From Verrucomicrobiota bacterium (lineage in GTDB: Bacteria; Verrucomicrobiota; Verrucomicrobiia; Limisphaerales; SIBE01), in assembly GCA_021733945.1 (NCBI GenBank), contig JAIPJX010000002.1, positions 8,247-72,246 of the forward strand: 64,000 bases of DNA, written 5' to 3'. The position numbers were made by a program, and so were the translations under genes. Below, piece after piece: positions 35,458 to 44,873 of this stretch; positions within the stretch are counted from its first letter, which is position 1, and each line of letters opens with the position of its first letter. Under the pieces are notes generated by a model that saw nothing but the letters and a program-made list of their open reading frames with translations, made no database searches and had not been told where the DNA came from.

Positions 35458-36523
35458 TGGGAAGTTGGATCGATTGCAGGAACTTCATGAAGCCGGGCTG
35501 CTCGCGTTCGATCAACGCTTCGCTGCCGAGGAGTTTGAAGAACCAGGTTTTGCCCATGTGCGGAACAAGAGCCACGAGGATGCGTTTGGAGGCTGACCGA
35601 TCGCCGCCGCTGGAATTCGCCATGTCGACCAGCGTTGATTCCGCTCCGCCCACAACAATCGATTGGGTGATGCTCGCGAGCTCACCCGCACTCACCGGCG
35701 TGAGGCCCAGCTGCGTCCGCCAGCGGTTGACGTTCATCAACAATCCGCCGACATCCCCCGGGAAGGCGCTGACGGTCGCTTCTGCGGACCCGAGATCACC
35801 CCCGTCCACGCCATATTTTGCAATGAGCATGGAACTGGGTGTCTGGGCCACCCAACTGGAGGGGGGCTCCCATTGAGGCGCTCCGGAACCTCCCGCAGGA
35901 GGCGGCGGCATAACCGGGGGAACCGTCGAGGGAGCTCCGGCCAATGCCGTGGCTTCTCCGCTCGGAAAGACGAAAGACTCGATGAATTCGACGAAACCCG
36001 CCTTCTGAGCCGCCACCAATGATTCGGCCCCGATCATCTTGAAAAACCAGTTTGAGTCGCCCGACCGGGCAATCGCCGCCACAATCCGGGTGGGCTCGTT
36101 CTTGGCTGCGTCCACGCCCTCCAAGTCGACCAGAATCCCCGGAACCCCATCAATCACCACTTTCTGTTGCAGACCCTCCAGACCCTCGGCGGTCACCGGC
36201 GTCAGGCCAATCTGCCCTCGCCACCGGTTGATATTGTCGAGATCCGAACCTGAAGCTCCGCTGAGCGGAATGATCGAGACATCAGCGGTCTCGCCATTCG
36301 CACCCGTTACCTGGAAACTGCCGACGCGCATGCCGCTGGCAGGCTGCTCCTTCCAACCTGCGGGGATTTTCCATCGTGCAGGGCTCGCCTGAGCCTGGGC
36401 TGGCTCCTTGGACACGTTGTAAACCCGGACGTCTTCCTTCTGGCATCCGGACATCGCCATTGCCAAAACCGGGAGGAACCCCAACCACCTGTGACCCTGA
36501 ACTGACAACGATGCGAATTTCAT
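35447..36523 (-). CDS. Putative lipoprotein made of two tandem copies of an uncharacterised domain
   Basis: Signal with a lipobox-like sequence (LPVLAMAMSGC). Two ~140-aa repeats each contain W..P..W, NxNRWRxQxGLTPV and WFFK(M/L)xG.E.L....Q.GF..F(I/L)xS. The 3' end overlaps the resB start by 11 nt. Confidence 0.7.
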   Translation of the reverse strand: MKFASLSVQGHRWLGFLPVLAMAMSGCQKEDVRVYNVSKEPAQAQASPARWKIPAGWKEQPASGMRVGSFQVTGANGETADVSIIPLSGASGSDLDNINRWRGQIGLTPVTAEGLEGLQQKVVIDGVPGILVDLEGVDAAKNEPTRIVAAIARSGDSNWFFKMIGAESLVAAQKAGFVEFIESFVFPSGEATALAGAPSTVPPVMPPPPAGGSGAPQWEPPSSWVAQTPSSMLIAKYGVDGGDLGSAEATVSAFPGDVGGLLMNVNRWRTQLGLTPVSAGELASITQSIVVGGAESTLVDMANSSGGDRSASKRILVALVPHMGKTWFFKLLGSEALIEREQPGFMKFLQSIQLPNDA

Positions 36524-36605
36524 TAATAAACTTTCTACTCTCGGTGCCAGCTCATCGCAAGCTATGGCTTGTCTTCCTGCAAACAATATTTGTTTCAGGA
36601 TGTGT

Positions 36606-36638
36606 CTAAAAAGTGTGAACCGACCTCGGAAGGCTCAC
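36606..36638 (-). terminator. Candidate intrinsic terminator downstream of rho
   Basis: On the minus strand, GUGAGCC-N10-GGUUCAC (7-bp stem including one G-U pair) is followed by ACUUUUUAG. It lies about 165 nt after the rho stop. Confidence 0.3.
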
Positions 36639-36801
36639 TTCTCCACCACCAAACCGGGCGCACTTCGGAGAATCCGGAGTCCGGGCACCCACCCGGGATG
36701 TGGAGCTTTTATACTCGCCCTGAGCTTCGGTCGGGTCAAGGGCGGTTTCTGCGGGTATCCGTGGCAGGGGTGCCTCGCGGCATCGGGACGCAGAACCCGG
36801 T

Positions 36802-38322
36802 CTAACCGATGCCGACGGAGAGAAGGAATTCAATGTTTGAATTCGTCTTCTTGAGTTTGTTCAGCATCAGTTCCATGGCCTCGACGGGAGGCACACCCGT
36901 CAGGGCGCGTCGCAGCACGACCACGCGGTTGTATTCGTCCGGATGATAAAGCAGCTCTTCCTTGCGTGTTCCCGAGAGTTCGATGTTGATGGATGGGAAA
37001 ATGCGGCGATCAACCAGATGCCGGTCCAGATGCACCTCCATGTTGCCCGTGCCTTTGAACTCCTCGAAAATGACCTCGTCCATCCGCGAACCGGTGTCAA
37101 CAAGCGCCGTGGCGATGATCGTCAGGGATCCCCCCTCTTCGATGTTGCGTGCGGCACCGAAGAACCGTTTCGGTTTGTGCAGGGCGTTCGCGTCCACACC
37201 GCCGGAGAGAATCTTGCCGGAGTGGGGTTGTACGGTGTTGTACGCCCGGGCGAGACGGGTGATCGAGTCCAGAAGAATGACCACATCCTTCTTGTGTTCG
37301 ATCATTCGTTTGGCCTTCTCAATGACCATTTCCGCGACCTGAACATGGCGTTCGGGTGGTTCATCAAAGGTTGAACTGATGACTTCGGCCGGTTTACACG
37401 AACGTTCCATGTCCGTGACCTCTTCGGGTCGCTCGTCAATCAGGAGAATAAAAACGTAGGCCTCGGGATTGTTCTTGAGAATCGCGTTTGCCAGCTTCTG
37501 CAGGAGCACGGTCTTTCCCGTGCGCGGCGGTGCGACGATCAATCCGCGGGTGCCCTTGCCAATGGGGCAGACCAGATCCAGCACGCGGGTGGACAGTTCG
37601 TCGTGGTTGGTCTCCAGCATCAGCCGCTTGTTCGGGAACAACGGCGTCAGGTTGTCAAAATGGGTCTTGTCCTTGGCAATATCCGGATCTTCCTTGCCAA
37701 CAAGCTCCACCTTGAGGAGCGCGAAGAACCGTTCCTTCTCCTTGGGGGGGCGGATCTGCCCGGCGACCAGGTCTCCGGTCTGCAGGTCGAACCGCCGAAT
37801 CTGCGAGGGCGAAACGTAGATGTCCTCGGGACAGGGGAGGTAGTTGAAACTGTGCGAACGGAGGAATCCAAATCCTTCAGGAAGGATTTCCAGAACGCCT
37901 TCCGAGAAGAGAATGCCGCTGCGCTCGGCGTTCTTCTGCAGGATTTGGAAGACAACCTCGTGCTTCTTCATCGTGCCGAAGTTCTCAATCCCCATGTCCT
38001 TGGCCATCTGATTGAGCTCGGCCATCTGCATTGCCTGGAGCTGGCTGATGTTGACGGTGCGGCCGGATTCCTTGCCGTTGCCAGAACCGTTCCGCTTGGG
38101 TTTCGCTGCGGCGGGTGGCACATCTTCCGGCGCTTCGGGTTCCGGTGGCTGTGTTGGGGACGGGGTTGGTTTGGGCTGGGCCGCCTGCGCGGGTTCCACT
38201 TCCCTGGGTTCTTCCTCCCACAAAGCCGGCTGTTCAGGGCCCTTGGCTTCGGGCGCGGCTGCCTTGGGCTTCTTTGCGGCACCTTTTGGCTTGGCAACTC
38301 GTTTCGTCGTCGGTCTTGGCAT
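36802..38322 (-). CDS. rho: Transcription termination factor Rho with a ~90-aa low-complexity N-terminal extension
   Basis: From [25 protein letters not shown] the protein aligns by eye with the E. coli Rho N-terminus. Walker [12 protein letters not shown] is present. ATG 38322 (MPRPTTKR). Confidence 0.93.
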   Translation of the reverse strand: MPRPTTKRVAKPKGAAKKPKAAAPEAKGPEQPALWEEEPREVEPAQAAQPKPTPSPTQPPEPEAPEDVPPAAAKPKRNGSGNGKESGRTVNISQLQAMQMAELNQMAKDMGIENFGTMKKHEVVFQILQKNAERSGILFSEGVLEILPEGFGFLRSHSFNYLPCPEDIYVSPSQIRRFDLQTGDLVAGQIRPPKEKERFFALLKVELVGKEDPDIAKDKTHFDNLTPLFPNKRLMLETNHDELSTRVLDLVCPIGKGTRGLIVAPPRTGKTVLLQKLANAILKNNPEAYVFILLIDERPEEVTDMERSCKPAEVISSTFDEPPERHVQVAEMVIEKAKRMIEHKKDVVILLDSITRLARAYNTVQPHSGKILSGGVDANALHKPKRFFGAARNIEEGGSLTIIATALVDTGSRMDEVIFEEFKGTGNMEVHLDRHLVDRRIFPSINIELSGTRKEELLYHPDEYNRVVVLRRALTGVPPVEAMELMLNKLKKTNSNIEFLLSVGIG

Positions 38323-38388
38323 AGTCTGGTAAAATTGGATTCGTTCCAACGCGGCGGGCAAATGAGCGGATGAGCGTTGGGACGCTTT

Positions 38389-38423
38389 CTTAAAAGCTCT
38401 CGGAGCCGAGTTTCTCGGCTCCG
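38389..38423 (-). terminator. Intrinsic terminator downstream of the PTP-RpiB-GlyA gene
   Basis: Perfect 10-bp stem CGGAGCCGAG/CUCGGCUCCG with a 3-nt loop (38401-38423). On the minus strand it is followed by AGAGCUUUUAAG. It lies about 55 nt after the stop at 38479. Confidence 0.5.
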
Positions 38424-38478
38424 TCAATTCTCAAATCGGAGGTTGGCTGCCGTGGGTCGGTCTGTCGCAGATGGCTTC

Positions 38479-40650
38479 CTAATAAGGCAAGGGGAATCTT
38501 GCAGTCAGTTCGCGCACACGTTCGCGCACCTTTTGCACTGCGTCAAGGTTTTTAATGTCAAGCAAAACCTCGCTGATCATGTCGCCGATGGCAGCCATCT
38601 CGTTCTCCTTCATGCCCCGCGTGGTCACGGCCGGACTGCCCAAGCGGATACCGCTGGCCTGGAAAGGCGAACGGGTCTCGAACGGAATGGTGTTCTTGTT
38701 CACGGTAATGCATGCCTGGTCCAGTGTGCCCTGACACTCCTTGCCGGTTAATCCCTTGGCTCCCACATCGACCATCAGGAGATGGTTGTCCGTTCCGCCG
38801 CTGACCAGCCGGAATCCGTTCCGGTGGAGGGCATTCGCCAACGCAGCCGCATTCTTGATCACCTGCCGCTGGTAATCCGTGAATCCCGGTTTCAGCGCTT
38901 CCTGAAAACACACGGCCTTGGCCGCGATGACATGCATGAGCGGACCGCCCTGAATTCCTGGAAAAGCCTGGGAATCGATCGATTTGGCATATTCCGCCTT
39001 GCACAGGATGACTCCGCCGCGCGGACCCCGGAGGGTTTTGTGCGTGGTGGACGTCACAAAATCGGCGTGCTCGATCGGGCTCGGATGCAATCCTGTCACG
39101 ACCAGCCCTGCGATGTGGGCGATGTCCGCCAGCAGCAGTGCACCACACTCCCTGGCGATGGCACCCAGCCGGGCAAAATCGATCTGTCTGGAATAGGCGC
39201 TTGCGCCCACGGTGATCATCTTCGGCCGATGTTCCATAGCCAGGGCTGCCAGATGATCGTAGTCGATTCGTTCGTCGTCCTTGCGGACGCCGTAATGGAC
39301 AATTTCAAAGAACCGTCCTGAAAAATTCGCCTGGTTTCCATGAGTCAGATGGCCTCCATGACTCAGATCCATCGTGAGCAGTTTGTCGCCGGGCTTCAGG
39401 CAGGAGAAATAGACAGCCATGTTCGCGCCACTCCCCGAGTGCGGCTGCACGTTCGCGTGCTCTGCTCCGAACAGGCGTTTGGCCCGCTCGATTGCCAGCA
39501 GTTCCACCGTGTCGACGTGTTCGCATCCCCCGTACCACCGGCGCCCGGGATAACCTTCGGCGTATTTGTTGGTCAACACGGACCCCTGCGCCTCCATCAC
39601 GGCCGCGCTGGTAAAGTTTTCGCTGGCGATCAGCTCGATATTCTCTTCCTGGCGCCGTTTCTCCAGCTCCACAGCCTCGGCTATCTCCGGATCCACGCGC
39701 CGAAGACTCCTGGCGGGATTCCCAGTGGCGCGCTCCATTTTTCCGACCCGGCGTTCATGACGTCCCCCTTCAAAATGTGCGTTCAGAAACGTGTCGATGA
39801 TCCGGATGGCCATCTCGGGTGGTGTCTCCAACTGTCCCAGGCAGAGCACATTGGCGTTGTTGTGGCGACGCGCCAGTCCGGCCATCTCTTCGTTGAAGAC
39901 CAGGGCCGCCCGGATTCCAGGCACCTTGTTGGCGGCGATGCTCATGCCAACACCGGTCGAACACATCAAAATCCCAAGATCGTTTTCCTGTCGTGCCACA
40001 CTTTCCGAAACCGGCACCGCGTAATCGGGATAATCGGTGGATTCCTTCGAGTTCGTTCCGAAATCTGAAATCTCGAAGCCCTGGGCGAGCAAATGCGCCT
40101 TTACGAATTCCTTGAGATCCGTTCCGGCGTGATCGGCACCGAGCGCCACCTTCACCGACTTGCGGCCAACGCGCCCGGCCGGTTCCCCGGAATCCGATTG
40201 TTCGATAAACTTCAACATGGTCATGATCCCTCGTTCAATCTGATCCCGGCATTCCCTGTAGACCTCGTAGGAGCCTCCGATGGGGTCGGAAATATCCTTT
40301 TCAAACGGTTCCAAATCATCGTCGAACTCCCTCAATAAAAACGTTTTCTCGGCCGCCGAAGGATACATCGCGGTCACCGCCCCGATGTGCCCATGGGTCA
40401 TGCCAAAAATATAATCTGCCCGTTCGACCACATTCCCGGTCAGCGAGCAGCTCCTCTGTTTGGAAATATCAATTCCCAGTTCCTGCAATGCCTGAACGGC
40501 ATAACCGCTCGGGGCCTGCCCGTCCAGGGCCCCGACGCCCGCCGAGATTACCTCGTAATCGCCCCGGCCCTGCACCGCGTGGCGGAAAAGGCCCTCGGCC
40601 ATCGGACTGCGGCATACGTTCCCGGTGCAGACGAATAGAATGGTCTTCAT
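38479..40650 (-). CDS. glyA: Tri-domain fusion: LMW protein-tyrosine/arginine phosphatase + ribose-5-phosphate isomerase B + serine hydroxymethyltransferase
   Basis: One uninterrupted ORF. Approx. aa 1-150 carry the CX5R(S) P-loop CTGNVCRSP and DISDP. Approx. aa 166-307 carry VALGADHAG and [15 protein letters not shown] (RpiB/LacAB). Approx. aa 316-723 carry LIASENFTS and the PLP lysine [12 protein letters not shown] (SHMT). The start is taken at ATG 40650. Confidence 0.9.
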   Translation of the reverse strand: MKTILFVCTGNVCRSPMAEGLFRHAVQGRGDYEVISAGVGALDGQAPSGYAVQALQELGIDISKQRSCSLTGNVVERADYIFGMTHGHIGAVTAMYPSAAEKTFLLREFDDDLEPFEKDISDPIGGSYEVYRECRDQIERGIMTMLKFIEQSDSGEPAGRVGRKSVKVALGADHAGTDLKEFVKAHLLAQGFEISDFGTNSKESTDYPDYAVPVSESVARQENDLGILMCSTGVGMSIAANKVPGIRAALVFNEEMAGLARRHNNANVLCLGQLETPPEMAIRIIDTFLNAHFEGGRHERRVGKMERATGNPARSLRRVDPEIAEAVELEKRRQEENIELIASENFTSAAVMEAQGSVLTNKYAEGYPGRRWYGGCEHVDTVELLAIERAKRLFGAEHANVQPHSGSGANMAVYFSCLKPGDKLLTMDLSHGGHLTHGNQANFSGRFFEIVHYGVRKDDERIDYDHLAALAMEHRPKMITVGASAYSRQIDFARLGAIARECGALLLADIAHIAGLVVTGLHPSPIEHADFVTSTTHKTLRGPRGGVILCKAEYAKSIDSQAFPGIQGGPLMHVIAAKAVCFQEALKPGFTDYQRQVIKNAAALANALHRNGFRLVSGGTDNHLLMVDVGAKGLTGKECQGTLDQACITVNKNTIPFETRSPFQASGIRLGSPAVTTRGMKENEMAAIGDMISEVLLDIKNLDAVQKVRERVRELTARFPLPY

Positions 40651-40705
40651 GGTTCCGATAAAGTCTTGAAGTTGAGGCGCACCATCCAAATCGTCAACCG
40701 TGAAA

Positions 40706-41764
40706 TCACCGTTGTCTTTTGAGTGCGGCCCATCCCTTCAGGAAGTCCAACGCCCGCGCCAGGGACGGATCCGTGATCAGGGGGGCTTGTTTCTCTTCCG
40801 GTTCCTTCGGCCCCGTTCCCAGGGTCTCTCCCCTCATGCGGATCAGTTCGGATTCGTTCAAACGCCGCCGTTCCCGTCCACTGGCTTCCGACCCTGCGAT
40901 GCCATCTGCCCCCAGGGCCGCAGTTCCCGCCGATTCTCCCTTGGTTGCAAAGGGATCTTCAAGGTGCGCTCGTTCCACGTCCGCATCCACCGTCACAACC
41001 AGATCCGGAGTTAATCCGGTGTCGGTGAGTGCCGTTCCGTCGCCCAATTCAACGGTCTGGGAGGCCACGCGGATCTTCTGTCCGTTGTTCAGCGGGAATT
41101 CGCGATAAACCCGGGCCTGCCCTGCGGTCGGGCTCCCGATCGTCAGACTGACCCCGGTCCACTGCAGGACCCCCGCCAGCGCCTCGGCCGCACCGGTGGT
41201 CTGTCGATTCACCAAAACCGTCACAGGCAACCCGATGGCGTTGGTCTTCGTGGTTGAGCTGAGCGACGTCCCCGTCCATTTCAAGAGAGGTTGCTCGGTT
41301 TCGACGAAAAGATCCGCAATGGCTGCCGATTCCCTGAAATCGAACCCGTCGGCGAAACGCAAATCCAGAATCAGGCCGGCCAGCTTCTGTTTCGATTCAA
41401 GTTCCGAAATCGTTGAACCCAGTGCCCGGGCGAGTCCCGCCGGGACGGATGTGAGCCGAACATACCCGTAGGCGCGTTCGAAAACGACTGTCTTGGCGAT
41501 TGCGCCGGAGGCCGCATCCAGGGCCTGATCGAGTTGGTTCGTGACGAGGGCGATCCTTGGATAAAACGCATTCAGCAGGCCTTCAACCGCCGCCCGGTTC
41601 AGATCGTTCTCGTTCACTCCCTTCAAATGCTCCAGCACCAGCTTCCGTACCTCCTGAAAGTCCGGCGTGTCCGCCGCATCTGCGGACCGGCCACAAAAAA
41701 GGGACGTGACTCCGATCAATGCCAGTCCGGCCCAAATCCCGCATGTGTGTTTCACCTGGCTCAT
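40706..41764 (-). CDS. S41 (C-terminal processing peptidase) family homolog with substituted catalytic residues
   Basis: [12 protein letters not shown] and [36 protein letters not shown] align without gaps to Prc [34 protein letters not shown]. Signal peptide from ATG 41764. Confidence 0.8.
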   Translation of the reverse strand: MSQVKHTCGIWAGLALIGVTSLFCGRSADAADTPDFQEVRKLVLEHLKGVNENDLNRAAVEGLLNAFYPRIALVTNQLDQALDAASGAIAKTVVFERAYGYVRLTSVPAGLARALGSTISELESKQKLAGLILDLRFADGFDFRESAAIADLFVETEQPLLKWTGTSLSSTTKTNAIGLPVTVLVNRQTTGAAEALAGVLQWTGVSLTIGSPTAGQARVYREFPLNNGQKIRVASQTVELGDGTALTDTGLTPDLVVTVDADVERAHLEDPFATKGESAGTAALGADGIAGSEASGRERRRLNESELIRMRGETLGTGPKEPEEKQAPLITDPSLARALDFLKGWAALKRQR

Positions 41765-41774
41765 ATAACTTTTC

Positions 41775-43064
41775 CTAAAGTGCTTTTGCACCAATATCCC
41801 GACGGTAATGGGCCCCTTCAAACCGAATCTTTTCCACACCGCGGTAGGCGGTGTCCCGGGCCGACTTTAAATCCGGCCCCACCGCGGTCACTCCAAGCAC
41901 GCGCCCACCCGAAGTCACCACCCGACCCTCGACGGATGCCGTGCCGGCATGAAATACCTGGACCCCGTCGATCCCGGCTGCCTCTTCGAGGCCGTCGATG
42001 GGGCATCCCTTCTGGTAGGAGCCCGGGTAACCTCCCGAAGCCATGACGACACAAATGGAAGCGCCGGGTCGCCACTTGAGCTCGATCCGATCGAGCGTGC
42101 CTTCCACGCAGGCTTCCAGTAATTCCACCAGATCGTTCTCCAACCGGGTCAGGTAGATTTGTGTTTCTGGATCACCAAACCGGGCGTTGAATTCGAGCAC
42201 TTTTGGTCCGTCCCGGGTCAGCATGAGACCTGGATAGAGAATTCCACGAAAATCAATCCCTTCAGCCTGGCATCCTGCCAGCCAGGGTTTCATGAGGAGG
42301 GTCTCCACCTCCGCCAACTGCTCCGTATTCAGAAATGGTGCCGGGCAGTAGGCCCCCATGCCCCCGGTGTTCAGCCCCTGGTCACCCTCCAGAGCGCGCT
42401 TGTGGTCCTGCGAAACGGGGAACAAACGGGCGGTTTGGCCATCGCACAGCGCGTGCAGCGAAACTTCGGTTCCCTCCAAATACTCCTGGATCACGATTCT
42501 GGAACCAGCCGCGCCGAAAGACCCGCGCACGAGCATCTCATCAACAGCGGACTCCGCCTCAGCCTGGCTCGTGCACATCAAGACCCCCTTGCCCAGGGCC
42601 AATCCGTCCGCCTTGACCGCGCAACGCCCCTGCAGCGATGCCGCAAATGCCTTGGCGGCAGAGGTTTCCTCAAACAGTCCGGAGCGCGCGGAGGGAATTC
42701 CGTGACGTTCCATAAATTCCTGCGAAAACGCCTTCGAGGACTCAAACCGGGCGGCCTGCCGGTTCGGGCCCCAGATCCTCAATCCCTTTTCCTGGAAAAG
42801 ATCGACCAGTCCCAGCGACAGCGGGTTGTCAGGACCCACGACGGTGAGGTCCGGTTTTTTCTCCAGCGCAAACGCCAGGAGTCCGGGCAGATCCTCCGCG
42901 CCGATCGGAACCGGTTGCACGGGAGCCTGGTTCTTCTCCAACCGCTCCGCCGCGATTCCGGCATTCCCCGGGGCGCACCACATCTGCGTGACATGCGCCG
43001 ATTGAGCCAATTTCCATGCCAGCGCATGCTCGCGACCGCCTGAGCCTATGACCAAAAGTTTCAT
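41775..43064 (-). CDS. purD: Phosphoribosylamine--glycine ligase
   Basis: MKLLVIGSGGREHALAWKL and a full-length PurD-like ATP-grasp. Confidence 0.95.
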   Translation of the reverse strand: MKLLVIGSGGREHALAWKLAQSAHVTQMWCAPGNAGIAAERLEKNQAPVQPVPIGAEDLPGLLAFALEKKPDLTVVGPDNPLSLGLVDLFQEKGLRIWGPNRQAARFESSKAFSQEFMERHGIPSARSGLFEETSAAKAFAASLQGRCAVKADGLALGKGVLMCTSQAEAESAVDEMLVRGSFGAAGSRIVIQEYLEGTEVSLHALCDGQTARLFPVSQDHKRALEGDQGLNTGGMGAYCPAPFLNTEQLAEVETLLMKPWLAGCQAEGIDFRGILYPGLMLTRDGPKVLEFNARFGDPETQIYLTRLENDLVELLEACVEGTLDRIELKWRPGASICVVMASGGYPGSYQKGCPIDGLEEAAGIDGVQVFHAGTASVEGRVVTSGGRVLGVTAVGPDLKSARDTAYRGVEKIRFEGAHYRRDIGAKAL

Positions 43065-43134
43065 TCGAGCGGCAATTCAATCAGGAATCCAAGCAAAGAG
43101 GAACTCCTTTTCGAGCGTTTTCGAAAGTGCCTGT

Positions 43135-43259
43135 GAGCCTGTCCCTATGTCGATTGAGGAGGGTCAATAAGCCTGTCCCTATGTCGTTTCGTGTCCTGTC
43201 GTGCCGCGTCGAACCTTCGTTCTTCTAATTCTTCTAACTATGAGCCTGGCCCTATGTCT
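43135..43259 (+). repeat. Three direct copies of an 18-nt REP-like element (GAGCCTGTCCCTATGTCG family)
   Basis: GAGCCTGTCCCTATGTCG at 43135-43152, AAGCCTGTCCCTATGTCG at 43169-43186 and GAGCCTGGCCCTATGTCT at 43242-43259. The core is the reverse complement of the GGGACAGGCT motif found next to both RAYT-like genes. Confidence 0.65.
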
Positions 43260-43326
43260 CTCATTCTGCGGTTTGTCTGAGGTCTTGGCTTGAGATCCGG
43301 GCGGATGACATCTATGATGGTCGGCA

Positions 43327-43779
43327 ATGACGCAGGCAAACGTTGATGAACTTTTTCAGATCCCCATGTTCGAGAACATGGAGCGCAGTGACTTAACCGT
43401 GATCGCCGGTCATATCACCGTCCGGAAGCTCGAGCCCGGAGAAGTGCTGTTTGCCGAGGGGGAACCGGGCGAATTTATGTGTTTTATCCTCGAGGGGAGC
43501 GTCGATGTTCTCCAGGAAAACGCCGCCGGGAAATCCGTTGTCATCAATCAGGTCTCCCGGGGCAGGTCGCTCGGGGAAATGTCGCTCATTGACGGCACCG
43601 CTCGTTCGGCCACCGTAAAAGCCAGGGGCGATGCCGTGGTGCTCATTCTCACTCGCGAAGGTTTTTCCCGACTCATCGAGGTGCGTCCAAAAGTCGGGGT
43701 GGCTCTCCTCCTGGAGGTGTCCCGGCTGATCTGCCAGCACCTCAAGAAACAATCGAGCCGGGTGGCGGATCTGCTTTGA
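43327..43779 (+). CDS. Stand-alone cyclic-nucleotide-binding domain protein
   Basis: cNMP-binding pattern: FENMERSDL...LFAEGEPGEFMCFILEGSVDV...GRSLGEMSLIDGTARSATVKA. No DNA-binding domain. Confidence 0.85.
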   Translation: MTQANVDELFQIPMFENMERSDLTVIAGHITVRKLEPGEVLFAEGEPGEFMCFILEGSVDVLQENAAGKSVVINQVSRGRSLGEMSLIDGTARSATVKARGDAVVLILTREGFSRLIEVRPKVGVALLLEVSRLICQHLKKQSSRVADLL

Positions 43780-43784
43780 GCCTT

Positions 43785-43801
43785 CGGCTGAAGTTCAGCC
43801 G
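43785..43801. terminator. Short hairpin between convergent genes (possible bidirectional terminator)
   Basis: CGGCTGA-AGT-TCAGCCG, a 7-bp stem with a 3-nt loop, lies between the cNMP gene stop (43779) and the purM stop (43805). No clear U-tract. Confidence 0.25.
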
Positions 43802-43804
43802 GGT

Positions 43805-44857
43805 TTAAATCAGTTTTACGGCGCAGCGGCCTTTGACCACTTCTCCCAATGCGCAGGCCGGCACTCCGCCCGCGCGGATCGCCCGCAGGATCGCGTCTGC
43901 TTTTTCCTCAGCTACAATCGCAACCATGCCGATGCCCATGTTGAACACCCGGTAAAGTTCTTCCTCGGCCACGCCGCCCTTGGCCGCGATCATCTGGAAA
44001 ACCGGGGGAAGTTCCCAGGAACCCCTGCGGATGTGCACATCGCAATTCCTGGGCAGCACCCGGGGAATGTTGTCGAAGAACCCGCCGCCGGTGATGTGCG
44101 CCAGACCCTTCAATGCCCTGGCTGCTCCGGGCCGGTTGAACCGCTTCAGCACCTTGGCCAGCACCGGGGCATAGCTCCGATGGACCTTGAGCAGTTCTTC
44201 GCCGATTGTTGTTCCCAGTTCTGCCACGCGGCTTTTGGGCTTCAGTCCCAGTGTTTCAAAGAAAATCTTCCGGGCCAGCGAATAACCGTTCGTGTGCAAT
44301 CCGCTCGATTCGAGACCGATGACCACGTCCCCGGGGCGAATGGTTTTGCCGTCGAGCATGGCCGGCTTGTCGACCACGCCCACGATCGTGCCGCTCACGT
44401 CGTATTCGCCAGCCTGATAAAACCCGGGCATCTGGGCCGTCTCTCCGCCGATCAAGGCGCAGTTGTTTTCAGCGCAACCCCGTGCGAACCCCTTGATGAT
44501 CTCATTGAAAACATGGGGCTTGAGCTTTCCGGTGCCAAGGTAGTCCAGGAAAAAGAGCGGTTCAGCACCCAGCACCACGATGTCGTTCACGCAATGATTG
44601 ACAAGATCGTGACCGATGGTGTCGTGCCGATCCATCGCGAAGGCGATCTTGAGCTTGGTGCCGACCCCATCGACGCTGGAGACCAGCACGGGTTGACGGT
44701 GTTTCCGGGTGTCCAGAGCAAACAACCCGCCGAACCCACCCACCTTGCCCAGCACCTCGCGGCGGTGGGTGGAGGCCAGCAACGCGGGCAGACCCGCTTT
44801 CATTCGGTTTCCCAGGTCAATATCGACCCCGGCTTCGGTATACGCGGATCGTTTCAT
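43805..44857 (-). CDS. purM: Phosphoribosylformylglycinamidine cyclo-ligase (AIR synthetase)
   Basis: Full-length PurM-like sequence (YTEAGVDIDLGN..., GGFGGLF, DGVGTKL). Confidence 0.95.
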   Translation of the reverse strand: MKRSAYTEAGVDIDLGNRMKAGLPALLASTHRREVLGKVGGFGGLFALDTRKHRQPVLVSSVDGVGTKLKIAFAMDRHDTIGHDLVNHCVNDIVVLGAEPLFFLDYLGTGKLKPHVFNEIIKGFARGCAENNCALIGGETAQMPGFYQAGEYDVSGTIVGVVDKPAMLDGKTIRPGDVVIGLESSGLHTNGYSLARKIFFETLGLKPKSRVAELGTTIGEELLKVHRSYAPVLAKVLKRFNRPGAARALKGLAHITGGGFFDNIPRVLPRNCDVHIRRGSWELPPVFQMIAAKGGVAEEELYRVFNMGIGMVAIVAEEKADAILRAIRAGGVPACALGEVVKGRCAVKLI

Positions 44858-44873
44858 TGAATTTGAAATGGTT

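Noticed and set aside
36544-36549. TGGCAC (minus strand), as a possible sigma-54 -24 element upstream of the lipoprotein/ccs operon
   Set aside because: There is no TTGC-like -12 element at the required spacing. A sigma-70-like TTGCGA-N17-TAGAAA overlaps the same region and is equally speculative.
43135-43259. Possible mini-CRISPR array
   Set aside because: The repeats are only 18 nt, there are just three of them, the spacing is unequal (34 and 73 nt start to start), and there are no cas genes in the window. The motif also occurs singly or inverted at 24295 and 56577, which fits a REP-like element better.
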